64,000 nucleotides of DNA from Candidatus Omnitrophota bacterium. GTDB lineage: Bacteria; Omnitrophota; Gorgyraeia; Tantalellales; Tantalellaceae. The position numbers and the translations under genes were made by a program. Every line of letters starts with the position of its first letter. Within the stretch, counting starts at the first letter, position 1. The notes under the pieces are model-generated. The model was not told the DNA's origin. It did not search any database and saw only the letters and a list, made by a program, of their open reading frames with translations. Location: assembly GCA_024277375.1 (NCBI GenBank), contig JAJRVD010000025.1, forward strand, positions 19,846-83,845, written 5' to 3'. Of the stretch, positions 21,807 through 31,985 are shown in pieces.

Positions 21807-22850
21807 TTAAGTCTTTTGTTTTAATATGGTTACAGAGGCTTGAAACACTTCCTCGTCGGTTACTGCTTGCAAGCATTCAAAGTGTCGTTCACAATTATGG
21901 GCAAGACATTTTTGACAGCCCACGTCTTTGTGCAACACCTTATCACTTTCGCCTAAAGGCCCCCACCGCAAGGGCGAAAGCCCCGGGTCACTCCGACCGA
22001 AAATAACTACTGTCGGAGTTCCAACAGCTACGGACACATGAACGGGACCGGAATCGTTAGAAATGAATAAACGGCAGCGAGAAAGAACTTCGGACAGTTC
22101 ACCAATAGACAATTTTTGTGTTAGATCAAAAGCCTTGGATCTTACTTCGGAGACGATTTGAGAACTATACGTTTTTGTTTCACCCGATCCCACAACAACA
22201 ATGTCACACCCATATTTTTCAACAAGCATATCGGCGACTTGAATAAAACGCTCGGGAGGCCATCGTTTTGACGGACAGCTGGCGCCGGGATGAAAAGCAA
22301 TAATGTTATCCCCTATCTCATTTTCCTCAAGAATAAAGTCGACACGTTTTTTTTGGCGCTCATCGGTCACTACATAAGGCAGACGATCCGCGCCATCCGT
22401 ATCCAATCCACATTTTTTTAAAAGATCGAAATTGTAATCTACCTCATGCTTTGTTCCTTCTTGTTTATCATGAAATATTTTTTCTGTTAGCAAACAGCCC
22501 ATTTTCCTGTCATATCCTATCCGGCGGGAGATCCCGGCCAAAAACAACATGACATGCACACGGTTCGTAGGATGAAGCGCTATCGCCATATCAAACCCTT
22601 TTTTTCTGAGTCTGAAAGCGAAGTTTATCGTACTCCAGAAACTTTTGTGAATGCCGCGCTTATCATAAATAATTACTTCATCAAGGTGGGGATTATTGGA
22701 AACTACGTCAAAGTTTTCCGGCCTTACCATAAAAGCAATGTACGCATCGGGGTTTTGTTCTCTCAGAAGGCGGATCGCCGGAGTTGAAAGCACGACGTCG
22801 CCGAGTCTATCGGTCCGTGTGATCAGTATACGTCGAGAATTGCCTGTCAT
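21807..22850 (-). CDS. GT9 LPS heptosyltransferase (WaaF/WaaQ-like)
   Basis: DRLGDVVLSTP, KRWP, SNDSGPVH. Confidence 0.9.
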   Translation of the reverse strand: MTGNSRRILITRTDRLGDVVLSTPAIRLLREQNPDAYIAFMVRPENFDVVSNNPHLDEVIIYDKRGIHKSFWSTINFAFRLRKKGFDMAIALHPTNRVHVMLFLAGISRRIGYDRKMGCLLTEKIFHDKQEGTKHEVDYNFDLLKKCGLDTDGADRLPYVVTDERQKKRVDFILEENEIGDNIIAFHPGASCPSKRWPPERFIQVADMLVEKYGCDIVVVGSGETKTYSSQIVSEVRSKAFDLTQKLSIGELSEVLSRCRLFISNDSGPVHVSVAVGTPTVVIFGRSDPGLSPLRWGPLGESDKVLHKDVGCQKCLAHNCERHFECLQAVTDEEVFQASVTILKQKT

Positions 22851-22870
22851 GCCATCCTTTATCAGCGTTT

Positions 22871-22987
22871 AGATCCCTCCCCTCGCTTCGCTCGGTCGGG
22901 ATGACAGACTTTTTGTCATCCCATCGAGGCCCGAAGGTCCGGACATTGTCGTCCTGAGCGAGGCCTTCAGGCCGAGTCGAAGGATCT
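22871..22987. repeat. Cluster of GTCATCC...GGATCT-family palindromic repeats
   Basis: AGATCCCTCCCCTCGCTTCGCTCGGTCGGGATGAC; GTCATCCC...; GTCGTCCTGAGCGAGGCCTTCAGGCCGAGTCGAAGGATCT. Confidence 0.75.
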
Positions 22988-23013
22988 CATTTTTAGCGTC
23001 TAGCGTACGCTAG

Positions 23014-23520
23014 TTATTTCGTTAGCTCTTCGTAAATTTTTTGGTACACATCAAGATCTCTCGCGCTAAAGCATACATACACTATACGATCAAAATCACC
23101 TCTGTGTTTTATGCCTTCTTCCAAAGCTATGCGTGTCGCTTCCTCAACAGGAAATCCGTAAATACCGGTACTTATGGCCGTAAAAGCGATCGTTCTCGAT
23201 CCATTTTCTATCGCGCACTTAAAGCTATTGATATAACAATTCCTCAATAACCCCGACTCGCCGGAATGACCACCGTACCATACGGGTCCCGGGGTATGGA
23301 TAATATTTCGCGCGAGGAGGTTTCCGGCAGTCGTAATGACAGCTTCTCCTGTTTCACATCCACCAATCCCTCGGCATTCTTCCATAACCGAAGGGCCCGC
23401 GGATCGATGAATAGCGCCATCAACACCACCTCCACCCTTAAGACCCGTGTTTGCGGCATTAACGATCGCGTCTACGTCTTCTTTTGTTATGTCACCCCGC
23501 TTAATAATGATCTGGCCCAT
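23014..23520 (-). CDS. Macro domain protein (YmdB-like O-acetyl-ADP-ribose deacetylase); start adjusted
   Basis: GDIT, AIVNAAN, GGGGVDGAIH, ISTGIYGFP. Confidence 0.92.
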   Translation of the reverse strand: MGQIIIKRGDITKEDVDAIVNAANTGLKGGGGVDGAIHRSAGPSVMEECRGIGGCETGEAVITTAGNLLARNIIHTPGPVWYGGHSGESGLLRNCYINSFKCAIENGSRTIAFTAISTGIYGFPVEEATRIALEEGIKHRGDFDRIVYVCFSARDLDVYQKIYEELTK

Positions 23521-23532
23521 GACAGCCCCCCG

Positions 23533-23560
23533 GTAGGGACGTACTGCAATACGTCCCTGC
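23533..23560. repeat. 28-bp GTAG-type REP palindrome
   Basis: GTAGGGACGTACTGCAATACGTCCCTGC. Confidence 0.75.
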
Positions 23561-23590
23561 ATATTGTTTTATTCACTCCGTTACCTAATA

Positions 23591-24604
23591 TCAGCTACGT
23601 AACAAAATCTCTTTCGCGGCCCGAAAAACGTCTTCCAATACCACGTCTGTTATACATCCTTCCTCTGGTCCCTGGTCACATAACGCGTTTTCGCAAGGAC
23701 GACATGACTTGCGCGGCTTAAGGACCCTGCTTTCTTTCGCCAAAGGACCATATTTTCGCTCGTCGGATGGACCGAAAATAGCTACAGTGGGTGTGTTTAC
23801 CGCACTGGCTACGTGCATGGGAGCGCTATCATTCGTTATAAGTAGTTTGGCGGAACCTATAAGTCCGGCAAGTTCCGAAATGGATGTTTTGCCATGCAAA
23901 TCATTCACCGGCTCTTTCACTTCAGCTAGAAAATTTTCTATCACTTCCTCATCGTCTTCATTCCCGGTTACAATTATTCTACAGCCGAGTTCTGTTACCA
24001 GTTTATCAGAGAGTTTCGCGTACTTTGAAACATCCCATCGTTTCAGATGACTTTTAGCCCCGGGATTAATTACGACTAACTGTTTTTGTTTTCTTGAACC
24101 CATTATTCCACTGACAATATTTTTTTGAGTATTATCTACCGGCAGGTAAAACCTTGTTCCGAGAAACGCCTCTATCCCAAAGTCTAATAACTTCGAAAGA
24201 TGTTCTTCCTTTTTATGTTTTACGAATTCCTTCTCTCCACCGGTGAATATCTTTTTTTTCGTAAACACTAAATTCGATAAACCCGGACGAAAACGTGATC
24301 CTACAAGGAATGGGATCAGTGAATTTTTCAGATCCACAACAAGATCATATTTTTTGTCGCGCAGGTAGAGTATTTGCCGCATAGCCTCGGGAAGAGGCTG
24401 TTTCTTATTGTGGACGATAACTTCCCTCACACGAGAATGCCCCTCAAAGATCTCCTTGCCCGGCGCTCCGGTCAATATGTCTACGTCTGAGGAGGGAAAT
24501 TCGTCACATAATTTCTCTAAAACGGGAGTTGTTAATATAATATCTCCCAGATTGCTCAATGTAATAAACAGGATCGATTTAACTTTTTCTTTATCTATTT
24601 CCAT
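23591..24604 (-). CDS. GT9 heptosyltransferase
   Basis: SNLGDIILTTP, KRW, TNDSAPMH. Confidence 0.88.
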   Translation of the reverse strand: MEIDKEKVKSILFITLSNLGDIILTTPVLEKLCDEFPSSDVDILTGAPGKEIFEGHSRVREVIVHNKKQPLPEAMRQILYLRDKKYDLVVDLKNSLIPFLVGSRFRPGLSNLVFTKKKIFTGGEKEFVKHKKEEHLSKLLDFGIEAFLGTRFYLPVDNTQKNIVSGIMGSRKQKQLVVINPGAKSHLKRWDVSKYAKLSDKLVTELGCRIIVTGNEDDEEVIENFLAEVKEPVNDLHGKTSISELAGLIGSAKLLITNDSAPMHVASAVNTPTVAIFGPSDERKYGPLAKESRVLKPRKSCRPCENALCDQGPEEGCITDVVLEDVFRAAKEILLRS

Positions 24605-24623
24605 ATTTCCTTTGAATACCCGG

Positions 24624-25646
24624 TTAGCTCGCTAATACCTCTTCCGCGGCATTAAAGACCTCGTCTACAGTGACCGATCTCATACACTTATAATCCTTCT
24701 CACATTCCTCTGCATAGCAAGGCACGACACAATCTATACTTTTCTGGATCACAATGTTCCTTCCCTTACCCCTCGGCCCCGTAATCTCACGCGACGTTGG
24801 GCCAAAAATCCCTATCGTTGTTGTCCCGGTAGCCGAAGCCAGGTGAAGAGGCCCGGAATCCGCGCTTACAACAAGATCGCATTTCTCGAAAAGAACACCC
24901 AACTCTTTTAAATCTGTCTGACCCGCGACAGCATAACATCTCCCGGACCCTATCTCCTTAACTATACCCCCGACATATTTCACATCTTTCGCCGCGCCGG
25001 GTATCATTACTTCAATATCGTCGAAACGATCCAGCAATTTTTTTCCCAGTGAAATAAAATTCTCAACCGGCCATCTTTTGGCTATCCAATTGCCGCCGGG
25101 ATTAAGCGCTACCATTCTCTTTACCCCGCCTTTTACATTGTGAAGTATCACATTCGCCCTATCCCGCTCTTCCGGCTTGGAAAAATATTCATATGTCCCA
25201 TCCGCTTCCGTCACTCCAAATACACCTGCCAACATCAGGATCTGATCGGCTCTATGAATATTGCCCTTCGGCATTTCAACTTCTTTTGTTAAAGATGTCT
25301 TTTTTCCCGCGAATCCGACACGTTCAGGGATACCCGCCAAAACCGCCATGGCGGTTTTCATAGAGGAAGGTTTCAAAAGCAAACACGTATCATATCCTTC
25401 TTTTCGTATCATTCTGACAAACGCCATTTTATCGCCCAGTGAAGTGATCTTATTGCTGTCTGAAAGCGCGTGCACACTATTTATCCAGGGATTATTTGTC
25501 AATAGATCCGCGTATCTTGGCACAACAACACATGTTATATAAATATCCGGGAAAGTTTTTCTGATAGCACGCAATAGCTGAAAGGAAAATAAAATATCAC
25601 CCATCCAATTCAGCATAAAAATGATCATTCTTTCCGGTTTTTTCAT
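24624..25646 (-). CDS. GT9 heptosyltransferase (WaaF-like)
   Basis: NWMGD, NPGGNWIAKRWP, ADSGPLH. Confidence 0.88.
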   Translation of the reverse strand: MKKPERMIIFMLNWMGDILFSFQLLRAIRKTFPDIYITCVVVPRYADLLTNNPWINSVHALSDSNKITSLGDKMAFVRMIRKEGYDTCLLLKPSSMKTAMAVLAGIPERVGFAGKKTSLTKEVEMPKGNIHRADQILMLAGVFGVTEADGTYEYFSKPEERDRANVILHNVKGGVKRMVALNPGGNWIAKRWPVENFISLGKKLLDRFDDIEVMIPGAAKDVKYVGGIVKEIGSGRCYAVAGQTDLKELGVLFEKCDLVVSADSGPLHLASATGTTTIGIFGPTSREITGPRGKGRNIVIQKSIDCVVPCYAEECEKDYKCMRSVTVDEVFNAAEEVLAS

Positions 25647-26749
25647 TACCTACCCAGAACCTCTTCATATACTTTTATCGTTTTCTCCACACTCTCTTCG
25701 ATCGAAAAATTATTATGCGCCTTCAGCTTCGCTTTTTCCGCGAAACGGCGACGAAGCGCCCGGTCCTTCAAAAGACGCGTAATGGCTTCCCCCACAGCTT
25801 CCGAGTCTCGCGGCGGCACCAATATTCCGTCCTCTTCATTTTTGATCAACTCCGCGAGCCCGCCTACATTGCTCGCGACACAGGCTCTCCCCGCGGCCAT
25901 AGCCTCCATTAAAGACAATCCCAATCCCTCATGTATGGACGGCAGACAGAAAATATCAATAGCCATAAAATGTCTTTCGAGCGGGACGCCACCCGGAGCA
26001 AAAGAAATACTACCCGCGATCCCCAGATCAACGGCCTGTTGCTCTAAAGCCTTCCTTTCCGGGCCATCACCAACAATAAGCAACTGGATATTATCATCTT
26101 CCGACAACGCGTATTTGAAAGCGTCAATAAGATATTTATATCCTTTGACGGAAGAAAGCCTTCCTACGGTTCCGACTATTGTTTTGCCGGGATCCAACCC
26201 TAAGCTTTCCTTGAATTCACTGCCGTTCTCAACGGTTATTTCTTTGTATTTACTGAGTTCTATGCCATTGTATACCAATTCTATCCGATCAGCGGAGACA
26301 CCCAGATCCTCCCGGAGGTGTTTATATACACTTTTACTGATCGCTATAGCTTTTTTTCCCCAACACGGCAACAATCTACGAAAGATCTTACGATGTCTGA
26401 AAAATCCATGACATGTCGAAACAAATGGTACGCCAGAGATCTTTTCCGCAAAAAAAGCGAGCACCTGCGTAACGCGTGTTTGAGCATGCACAACATCAAT
26501 GCCATTTTCTTTGATCAAACGCGTTAATGAAGGTATAGCTTTCCACATTTTTAATCCAAATTCGGATTTTGTCTTTATGTCCAGCGGAATATGGGCTATG
26601 CCCTCCTCTTTAAGTATACCTTTTAAATCTCCCCCGCTGGAAGCCACAGCGACATCCATACCGTTCTTTTTTAAATATTTGGCAAGACTTATCGTATAAA
26701 CGCCTACGCCGCCGGTATTTAAGTGTGTTGTAAGTAAGAGAATTTTCAT
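25646..26749 (-). CDS. GT4 glycosyltransferase
   Basis: VGRLSSVKG, EGLGLSLMEAMAAG. Confidence 0.9.
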   Translation of the reverse strand: MKILLLTTHLNTGGVGVYTISLAKYLKKNGMDVAVASSGGDLKGILKEEGIAHIPLDIKTKSEFGLKMWKAIPSLTRLIKENGIDVVHAQTRVTQVLAFFAEKISGVPFVSTCHGFFRHRKIFRRLLPCWGKKAIAISKSVYKHLREDLGVSADRIELVYNGIELSKYKEITVENGSEFKESLGLDPGKTIVGTVGRLSSVKGYKYLIDAFKYALSEDDNIQLLIVGDGPERKALEQQAVDLGIAGSISFAPGGVPLERHFMAIDIFCLPSIHEGLGLSLMEAMAAGRACVASNVGGLAELIKNEEDGILVPPRDSEAVGEAITRLLKDRALRRRFAEKAKLKAHNNFSIEESVEKTIKVYEEVLGR

Positions 26750-26755
26750 GATATA

Positions 26756-28849
26756 TTAAGACTGCTTCATAACTTCCATCAAAGCATCAACAACTTTTTC
26801 AGGTTTGATCGAAGTTATACATTTTGATCTATCCTTACACGTCGGTTTATAACAGGGTGAACACTTTAAATTTTTATATAAAACTCTCATGTCTTCTGAC
26901 GGAGGAATATGCCTGTCGGGGTCTGTGGGACCAAAAAGGGCCACAAACGGCGTCCCGGTAGCGGCCGCCACATGCATAGGCGCGCTATCTCCCGTAACTA
27001 AAGCGTTACATCTCTCAATAAGGCTGATGAGTTGTGGAACATTCGTCTTCCCCACCGCGTCTATGGGTTTCGCTTCCGTCTTTTTGAGAAATTCCGCGGC
27101 ACACGGCCTGTCTTCTTCCGCCCCTAAAAGGACGACTCTCATCCCCTTATCACGAGCAAGTATCCGCGCCAATTCCACCATAGCCGGTACTCCCCAGTTT
27201 TTTGTCTCCCATCGTCTCGAGGCGGATAAGCTTAGAGCAACCAGTTTTTGTCCTTCTATCATCCATCGTTCTTTTAGAAACCTTTCGGCCCAAGCCTCAT
27301 TCGCGTCACCCGGCCATAATTCCAGGTTTTGTTTGATGCCTGTAATACCAAGAAGCCCCAAAACAAAGCTTTGATGTTTCACCGGTGTCATGGGTCTCCT
27401 CGGAACGCTGATTTTACGATTAAGAAGGAAACTTAACTTGCCATTATCATAGCCGAATCTTTCGGGTATCGCGCTTAAAAAAGAAAGAAGATGACTCTTG
27501 CGATTATTCTGAAGATCTATCGAAACATCAAAATCCTCTGCTCTTAATTTTCCGGCTAATTTTAAAAATCCGATCCCATTATCCCTGTTTTTAAAGTCAC
27601 CGGCAATGATCTCGTCGATATAGGGACAGTTGTCCAACAGCTCCCTGAAACGCACATCAACGAGGATCTTAATATTAGCGTTTTTAAAGCGGTTTCTAAC
27701 AGCGCGCAGCGAGGGAGTGCTGAGAATAATATCACCGAGCGAACTTATTTTAAAAATAAGTATATTTTTCAGACCAAAAACACGTTTGTACGCTTCCAGC
27801 GTCATAGTCATCGTTTTTTCCAGAGAATAATTCTCTTCCACATATTTCCTGGCATTTTCGGCAACTTTCATGACCAGATCGGGTTCCTCGGCATAACGCA
27901 TGATCTTGGCGGCCATATCGGTTGGATCTTTTGGCGCGCAGAAGAGACCCGTCAAACCATCATTTATATTTTCCACAACACCACCTATTCTGGTAGCTAC
28001 AACCGGAACACCCCTGGCCTGTGCCTCGATAATCGACCTTCCAAAAGCTTCCTGTTCACTGTTTGCGGAAACCAGGACATCTAACCCTCCAATAACATCC
28101 GCTACATCTTTAGTGCTATCAACAAATTTCACCGATCTTTCGATCATCAGGCGACGCATCGTAAGGCTGATCCTTCTAAGATACTCCTCCTTAGCGGACG
28201 TTCTGTCTCCCATCATAACGATCTCAACATCAGGGATCTTACGCAAAACGTGCGCCATGGCTTTCAGAAAATCCACATGACCCTTTAGCGGTGTAAACCG
28301 ACATATCATTCCTACCCGAAAAGGCTTACTTCTCGCGGCCGACGGGGGGACAAAGGAAAATTTCTTAAGATCCACGCCCCGGGGAATAATAGTGATCTTT
28401 TGCCGGGGTACATTGAAATTATCTTTCATGTACCTGGCCATCGTCTCATTGGCGGTAATAACAACTTTTCCCCACCCCATAACTTTACTGATCAGATGTT
28501 TTCTATATTGACCATGCGCGGTTGTAACAAATGTCTTCTGCAAAGAACGAGCGGCAAAGTAACCTATAAGTGCCGGAACCCTGCTTCTGCCGTGTACAAT
28601 ATCTATACTGTCCTTTCGAATGATATGCCTGAGCTTAAAGTAACAACGTATCATGACTAAAGGATTCTTACTGCCTACAGGAAGCGTATAATGGCGTCCC
28701 CCGATAGCGCTGAGATCTTTCTCCATGCGGCCACCTGCCGAGACCACTACCGCTTTATGACCGTTAAGGGTTAAGTACCGGGCGACTTCTATGGTCCCCT
28801 TCTCTACTCCACCGACATTAAGTTTTGGAACTAACTGTAAAATATTCAT
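26756..28849 (-). CDS. GT4-GT9 fusion glycosyltransferase (start adjusted to MNILQ)
   Basis: N-half EAFGRSIIEAQARG (GT4); C-half SSLGDIIL...GDSAPMH (GT9). Confidence 0.88.
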   Translation of the reverse strand: MNILQLVPKLNVGGVEKGTIEVARYLTLNGHKAVVVSAGGRMEKDLSAIGGRHYTLPVGSKNPLVMIRCYFKLRHIIRKDSIDIVHGRSRVPALIGYFAARSLQKTFVTTAHGQYRKHLISKVMGWGKVVITANETMARYMKDNFNVPRQKITIIPRGVDLKKFSFVPPSAARSKPFRVGMICRFTPLKGHVDFLKAMAHVLRKIPDVEIVMMGDRTSAKEEYLRRISLTMRRLMIERSVKFVDSTKDVADVIGGLDVLVSANSEQEAFGRSIIEAQARGVPVVATRIGGVVENINDGLTGLFCAPKDPTDMAAKIMRYAEEPDLVMKVAENARKYVEENYSLEKTMTMTLEAYKRVFGLKNILIFKISSLGDIILSTPSLRAVRNRFKNANIKILVDVRFRELLDNCPYIDEIIAGDFKNRDNGIGFLKLAGKLRAEDFDVSIDLQNNRKSHLLSFLSAIPERFGYDNGKLSFLLNRKISVPRRPMTPVKHQSFVLGLLGITGIKQNLELWPGDANEAWAERFLKERWMIEGQKLVALSLSASRRWETKNWGVPAMVELARILARDKGMRVVLLGAEEDRPCAAEFLKKTEAKPIDAVGKTNVPQLISLIERCNALVTGDSAPMHVAAATGTPFVALFGPTDPDRHIPPSEDMRVLYKNLKCSPCYKPTCKDRSKCITSIKPEKVVDALMEVMKQS

Positions 28850-28850
28850 A

Positions 28851-30800
28851 TTAGAATAATCTGTACATCCTCTCGTACATCCGTTTATCATCATCAGGCA
28901 AAACGGTTTCGTTTTTGTCTTCTATGGCGCGAATCGTTTCTTTTCTTATCTCGCCCGCCTCTATACATTTGACGTATCCGTTCTTCGCGAGATCATTGAC
29001 AAACCGTTCATACTTGGTGACTTTCCTGGTTTTTTTCTCGGGCATGAAAACCAGGGTTGGCTTCCCGGAAGATACTGCCTCCGAAACCATCGAAATGCTT
29101 TCTCCCGAAACAACAACAACATCACTTTTCGCTAATATTTTTTCAACTGTATTTTTATCCTTATCTTGCACGCCTGAAACAAACTTACCTTTCACCTCTT
29201 TATTCTCAATATTTTCTTTGAGAATCGCTTCAATCTCTTTCGGTGTTCTTCGTGATGTAGTCACGTAAAAACCGCCCTCTATACCGACACACGCGTCACG
29301 TATTCCATCCGCTACAACTTTTGCCAGATCCTCGCCAAAACTGAAATGCGGATTGTCTCCGCCAAACAGCAAGCCAATACATTTTCGCTTGTCATCTGAC
29401 CCGCCCACCGTAGCTTCAGCGAGAGTGGGAGCCTCTATGTGTGCTTTTAGCCCTTCAGGGTCTATAAGATTAGGGGCTAGTTCCGTAACTATCACATTAT
29501 CTCTAACTTTTCCGCGCTGGTCATGTTTTGGCATAACTACAAGGTCAAAGCTCCTGCGATTGCCCCATCCCGGATCAAGCACAGTTACGTTTCGGGCATT
29601 ATTCTCTATTTTTATCATTTTATTAACCCCGAACAGTGTAGATCCGCAACTTATTATAACATCACCATACCGGCTACTTAGAACCTCGTAGCTTTCATTA
29701 GAAAGCGCCCGCTTTAAACATTTTAAACATCCCTGACAACGCCTGGTAAAAAACGGACTTATAGCGTTAAAAACAGCCTTGGCCCGCTTGCTTTTAAACT
29801 GAACTCTGAGGATATCAACTTCAACTTCCCCCTGCCGAAACCCTTCGTCTCTCCTATACATCTCGATCTGTTTAACAACCGCCAACGACTGTTTAAGATG
29901 CCCCTTTTTACCATCGTCCAGAACCATGATCTTTTTAACGGGGGTCAACTTCCATCTCTTATGCATCCAGAACCACTGTTCGGGATACGCCCTTATGTGC
30001 TTTTCGAGAAGCTTATTGTACCTTCGAGCATAAAGAGTAACATCCTCATCTTTTCCGACAACCATGGGTTCTTCCAGGATCAATTCCTGATAAGGTCCCT
30101 TGACCCGGTGAATAAACGCCGGTAATACCCATGCTCCGCTCTTTTGAGCGAATCGGTATGGACCAATGGCTGTTGATGCCGGCCGTCCGAAAAAATCTAT
30201 AAGCTTACCGCTGGTACCCGCGTTTTGATCCGCGAGAAGGCCCACGCTTCTCCCTTCACGAAGAAGCCGGAACATCCTCTTGATATCCATCCCCTTGCGA
30301 ATTACGGTAGCTCCTTTTGATTCCCGCAGCTGATTAAAAAGCTCATTAAGCCTTTTCATTTTCTGCTCTCGCGCCAAAATACACAATGTGTATCCCTTAA
30401 TAGCGCTTGCCGCCGTACTTAATTCCCAATTCCCAAAGTGCGCGGAAACCATTATCATACCCTTCGGGTTTTTCGATGCTTTCTCTATCCTTTCCATATT
30501 TTGGATCTTTATGTATTTATCAACATACTTCTCATCGACCTTTGTCAAAGAAACAAGTTCGGCAAAAGTCTGTGCCATATGTCTGTAAACACCTTTTGAG
30601 ATATGCTTTATCTCTTTTGGTGTTTTCTCCCGGCAGAATGCCGCTTTGAGGTTGGCATATGTTATCCCTATTCTCTTTCCACTCAAAAGACGCACAAGAT
30701 CCCCAAGACACCTGCCCAACCAAAGGTTAAATCCTATCGGCATGACATGAAGAAACCGGTTCAATCCCCTAACCAGAAATGACGCTATTAAGTCCAGCAC
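28851..30800 (-). CDS. Lipid A acyltransferase fused to an ELM1/GtrOC1-like putative glycosyltransferase domain
   Basis: HFGNWE and QWFWMHKRWK, then DGKKGHLKQS, PKHD, TTSRRTP, ESISMVSEA.SSGKP. Confidence 0.8.
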   Translation of the reverse strand: MLDLIASFLVRGLNRFLHVMPIGFNLWLGRCLGDLVRLLSGKRIGITYANLKAAFCREKTPKEIKHISKGVYRHMAQTFAELVSLTKVDEKYVDKYIKIQNMERIEKASKNPKGMIMVSAHFGNWELSTAASAIKGYTLCILAREQKMKRLNELFNQLRESKGATVIRKGMDIKRMFRLLREGRSVGLLADQNAGTSGKLIDFFGRPASTAIGPYRFAQKSGAWVLPAFIHRVKGPYQELILEEPMVVGKDEDVTLYARRYNKLLEKHIRAYPEQWFWMHKRWKLTPVKKIMVLDDGKKGHLKQSLAVVKQIEMYRRDEGFRQGEVEVDILRVQFKSKRAKAVFNAISPFFTRRCQGCLKCLKRALSNESYEVLSSRYGDVIISCGSTLFGVNKMIKIENNARNVTVLDPGWGNRRSFDLVVMPKHDQRGKVRDNVIVTELAPNLIDPEGLKAHIEAPTLAEATVGGSDDKRKCIGLLFGGDNPHFSFGEDLAKVVADGIRDACVGIEGGFYVTTSRRTPKEIEAILKENIENKEVKGKFVSGVQDKDKNTVEKILAKSDVVVVSGESISMVSEAVSSGKPTLVFMPEKKTRKVTKYERFVNDLAKNGYVKCIEAGEIRKETIRAIEDKNETVLPDDDKRMYERMYRLF

Positions 30801-31812
30801 TGATCTTCTCCTCTCCCTCGGTAATATTGATCACAATGTCCAGTATAAAAAGTTTCTTTTCAACGGAAGAAACATCCAAGTCCTTCATTTTTACATAATC
30901 TTTCCGTGTAGTAATAATTTTTTCCACCCTGCTGCCTGCACATTTATCGCATATTCTGGAAATATCATCCTGCGTGTAACTATGATGATCCGCGTAATCT
31001 ATTCTCAAGACGCCGGCAACACCCAGAGTATTTGTTATAAATTCAAAATAATCGGGATCCCCTATCCCGCTCACAATACAGACTCTCTCACCTTTGAGAT
31101 CTTCCATAGAATAACCGCCACCCGCCGGGTCACTAAGCGCGGACGGCATATGGCGAGCTGTTACCACAGGTTTTCCGGGGGCTATCTTTTCTAACTTCTT
31201 TAAAATGAATCTTTTGCGTTCCTCTCCGGCCATATCGATCTTTGTAAGCACGAACATATCCGCCCGGTTAAGAGAGGATACCGGCTCCCGTAAGGTACCC
31301 CTGGGGAACAATGAATTGCTTCCGGAGAAGGAAACGCTATCCAACAGCACAATGTCCAGATCTCGCTTTATTCTCCTGTGCTGAAAACCATCATCGAGAA
31401 CAAGAACATTTTTTTCTTCCCGGGTGGCTCGCGCGGCGCTTAACACTCTATCCTGTCCCACAAAAACCGGAACACCCGGAAGATCTTCTTTGATCATACG
31501 GCATTCATCTTTGCCATATCCTCTGGTAAGCACCGCGGGAGCGGCATTCATCGAAAGAAGCCGATCCACGATATACATTACAAACGGCGTCTTACCCGTG
31601 CCTCCCAGGGTTATATTTCCAACACTTATGACAGATACTTTCACTTTATGTTGACGCCGCATCCCTGAACGAAATCCCCAATTTACAGAACCAACGGCGA
31701 TCGCGTAGACCCACGAGAGAACACGTAAAAAACCTTTCACGATAACGTGAGGAAACCCATTACGTTTATCTATCATAAGAGACAATATATACAATTTTAG
31801 CGATGCGAACAT
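30769..31812 (-). CDS. lpxK: Tetraacyldisaccharide 4'-kinase
   Basis: VGNITLGGTGKTP, LDDGFQH, PRGTLRE, TTRKD. Confidence 0.95.
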   Translation of the reverse strand: MFASLKLYILSLMIDKRNGFPHVIVKGFLRVLSWVYAIAVGSVNWGFRSGMRRQHKVKVSVISVGNITLGGTGKTPFVMYIVDRLLSMNAAPAVLTRGYGKDECRMIKEDLPGVPVFVGQDRVLSAARATREEKNVLVLDDGFQHRRIKRDLDIVLLDSVSFSGSNSLFPRGTLREPVSSLNRADMFVLTKIDMAGEERKRFILKKLEKIAPGKPVVTARHMPSALSDPAGGGYSMEDLKGERVCIVSGIGDPDYFEFITNTLGVAGVLRIDYADHHSYTQDDISRICDKCAGSRVEKIITTRKDYVKMKDLDVSSVEKKLFILDIVINITEGEEKISAGLNSVISG

Positions 31813-31832
31813 AAGCTCTATTCTCTGTCATT

Positions 31833-31974
31833 CTGGCTGTGTCGTAATGTAAGGACTTGATTCATCAAGCCCGTTATGTCGGGTTCGCTAAGCTTGTCCC
31901 CGCGAAAGCGGGGATCGAACCCGATATAACATATTGTATACGGCCATTCGAAAAACAAATTGCGACACAGTCTG
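31833..31974 (+). mobile_element. Element A (142 bp) carrying a secondary CCCCGC-GAAA-GCGGGG hairpin insertion
   Basis: GTC-ATT[CTGGCTGTGTCG...CGACACAGTCTG]ATC-GCGAGG; extra ~22 bp at 31892-31913. Confidence 0.8.
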
Positions 31975-31985
31975 ATCGCGAGGGT

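Noticed and set aside
23014-23520. Macro domain as a DarG antitoxin or defence component
   Set aside because: Stand-alone YmdB-like protein with no adjacent DarT/ART toxin or Thoeris partner
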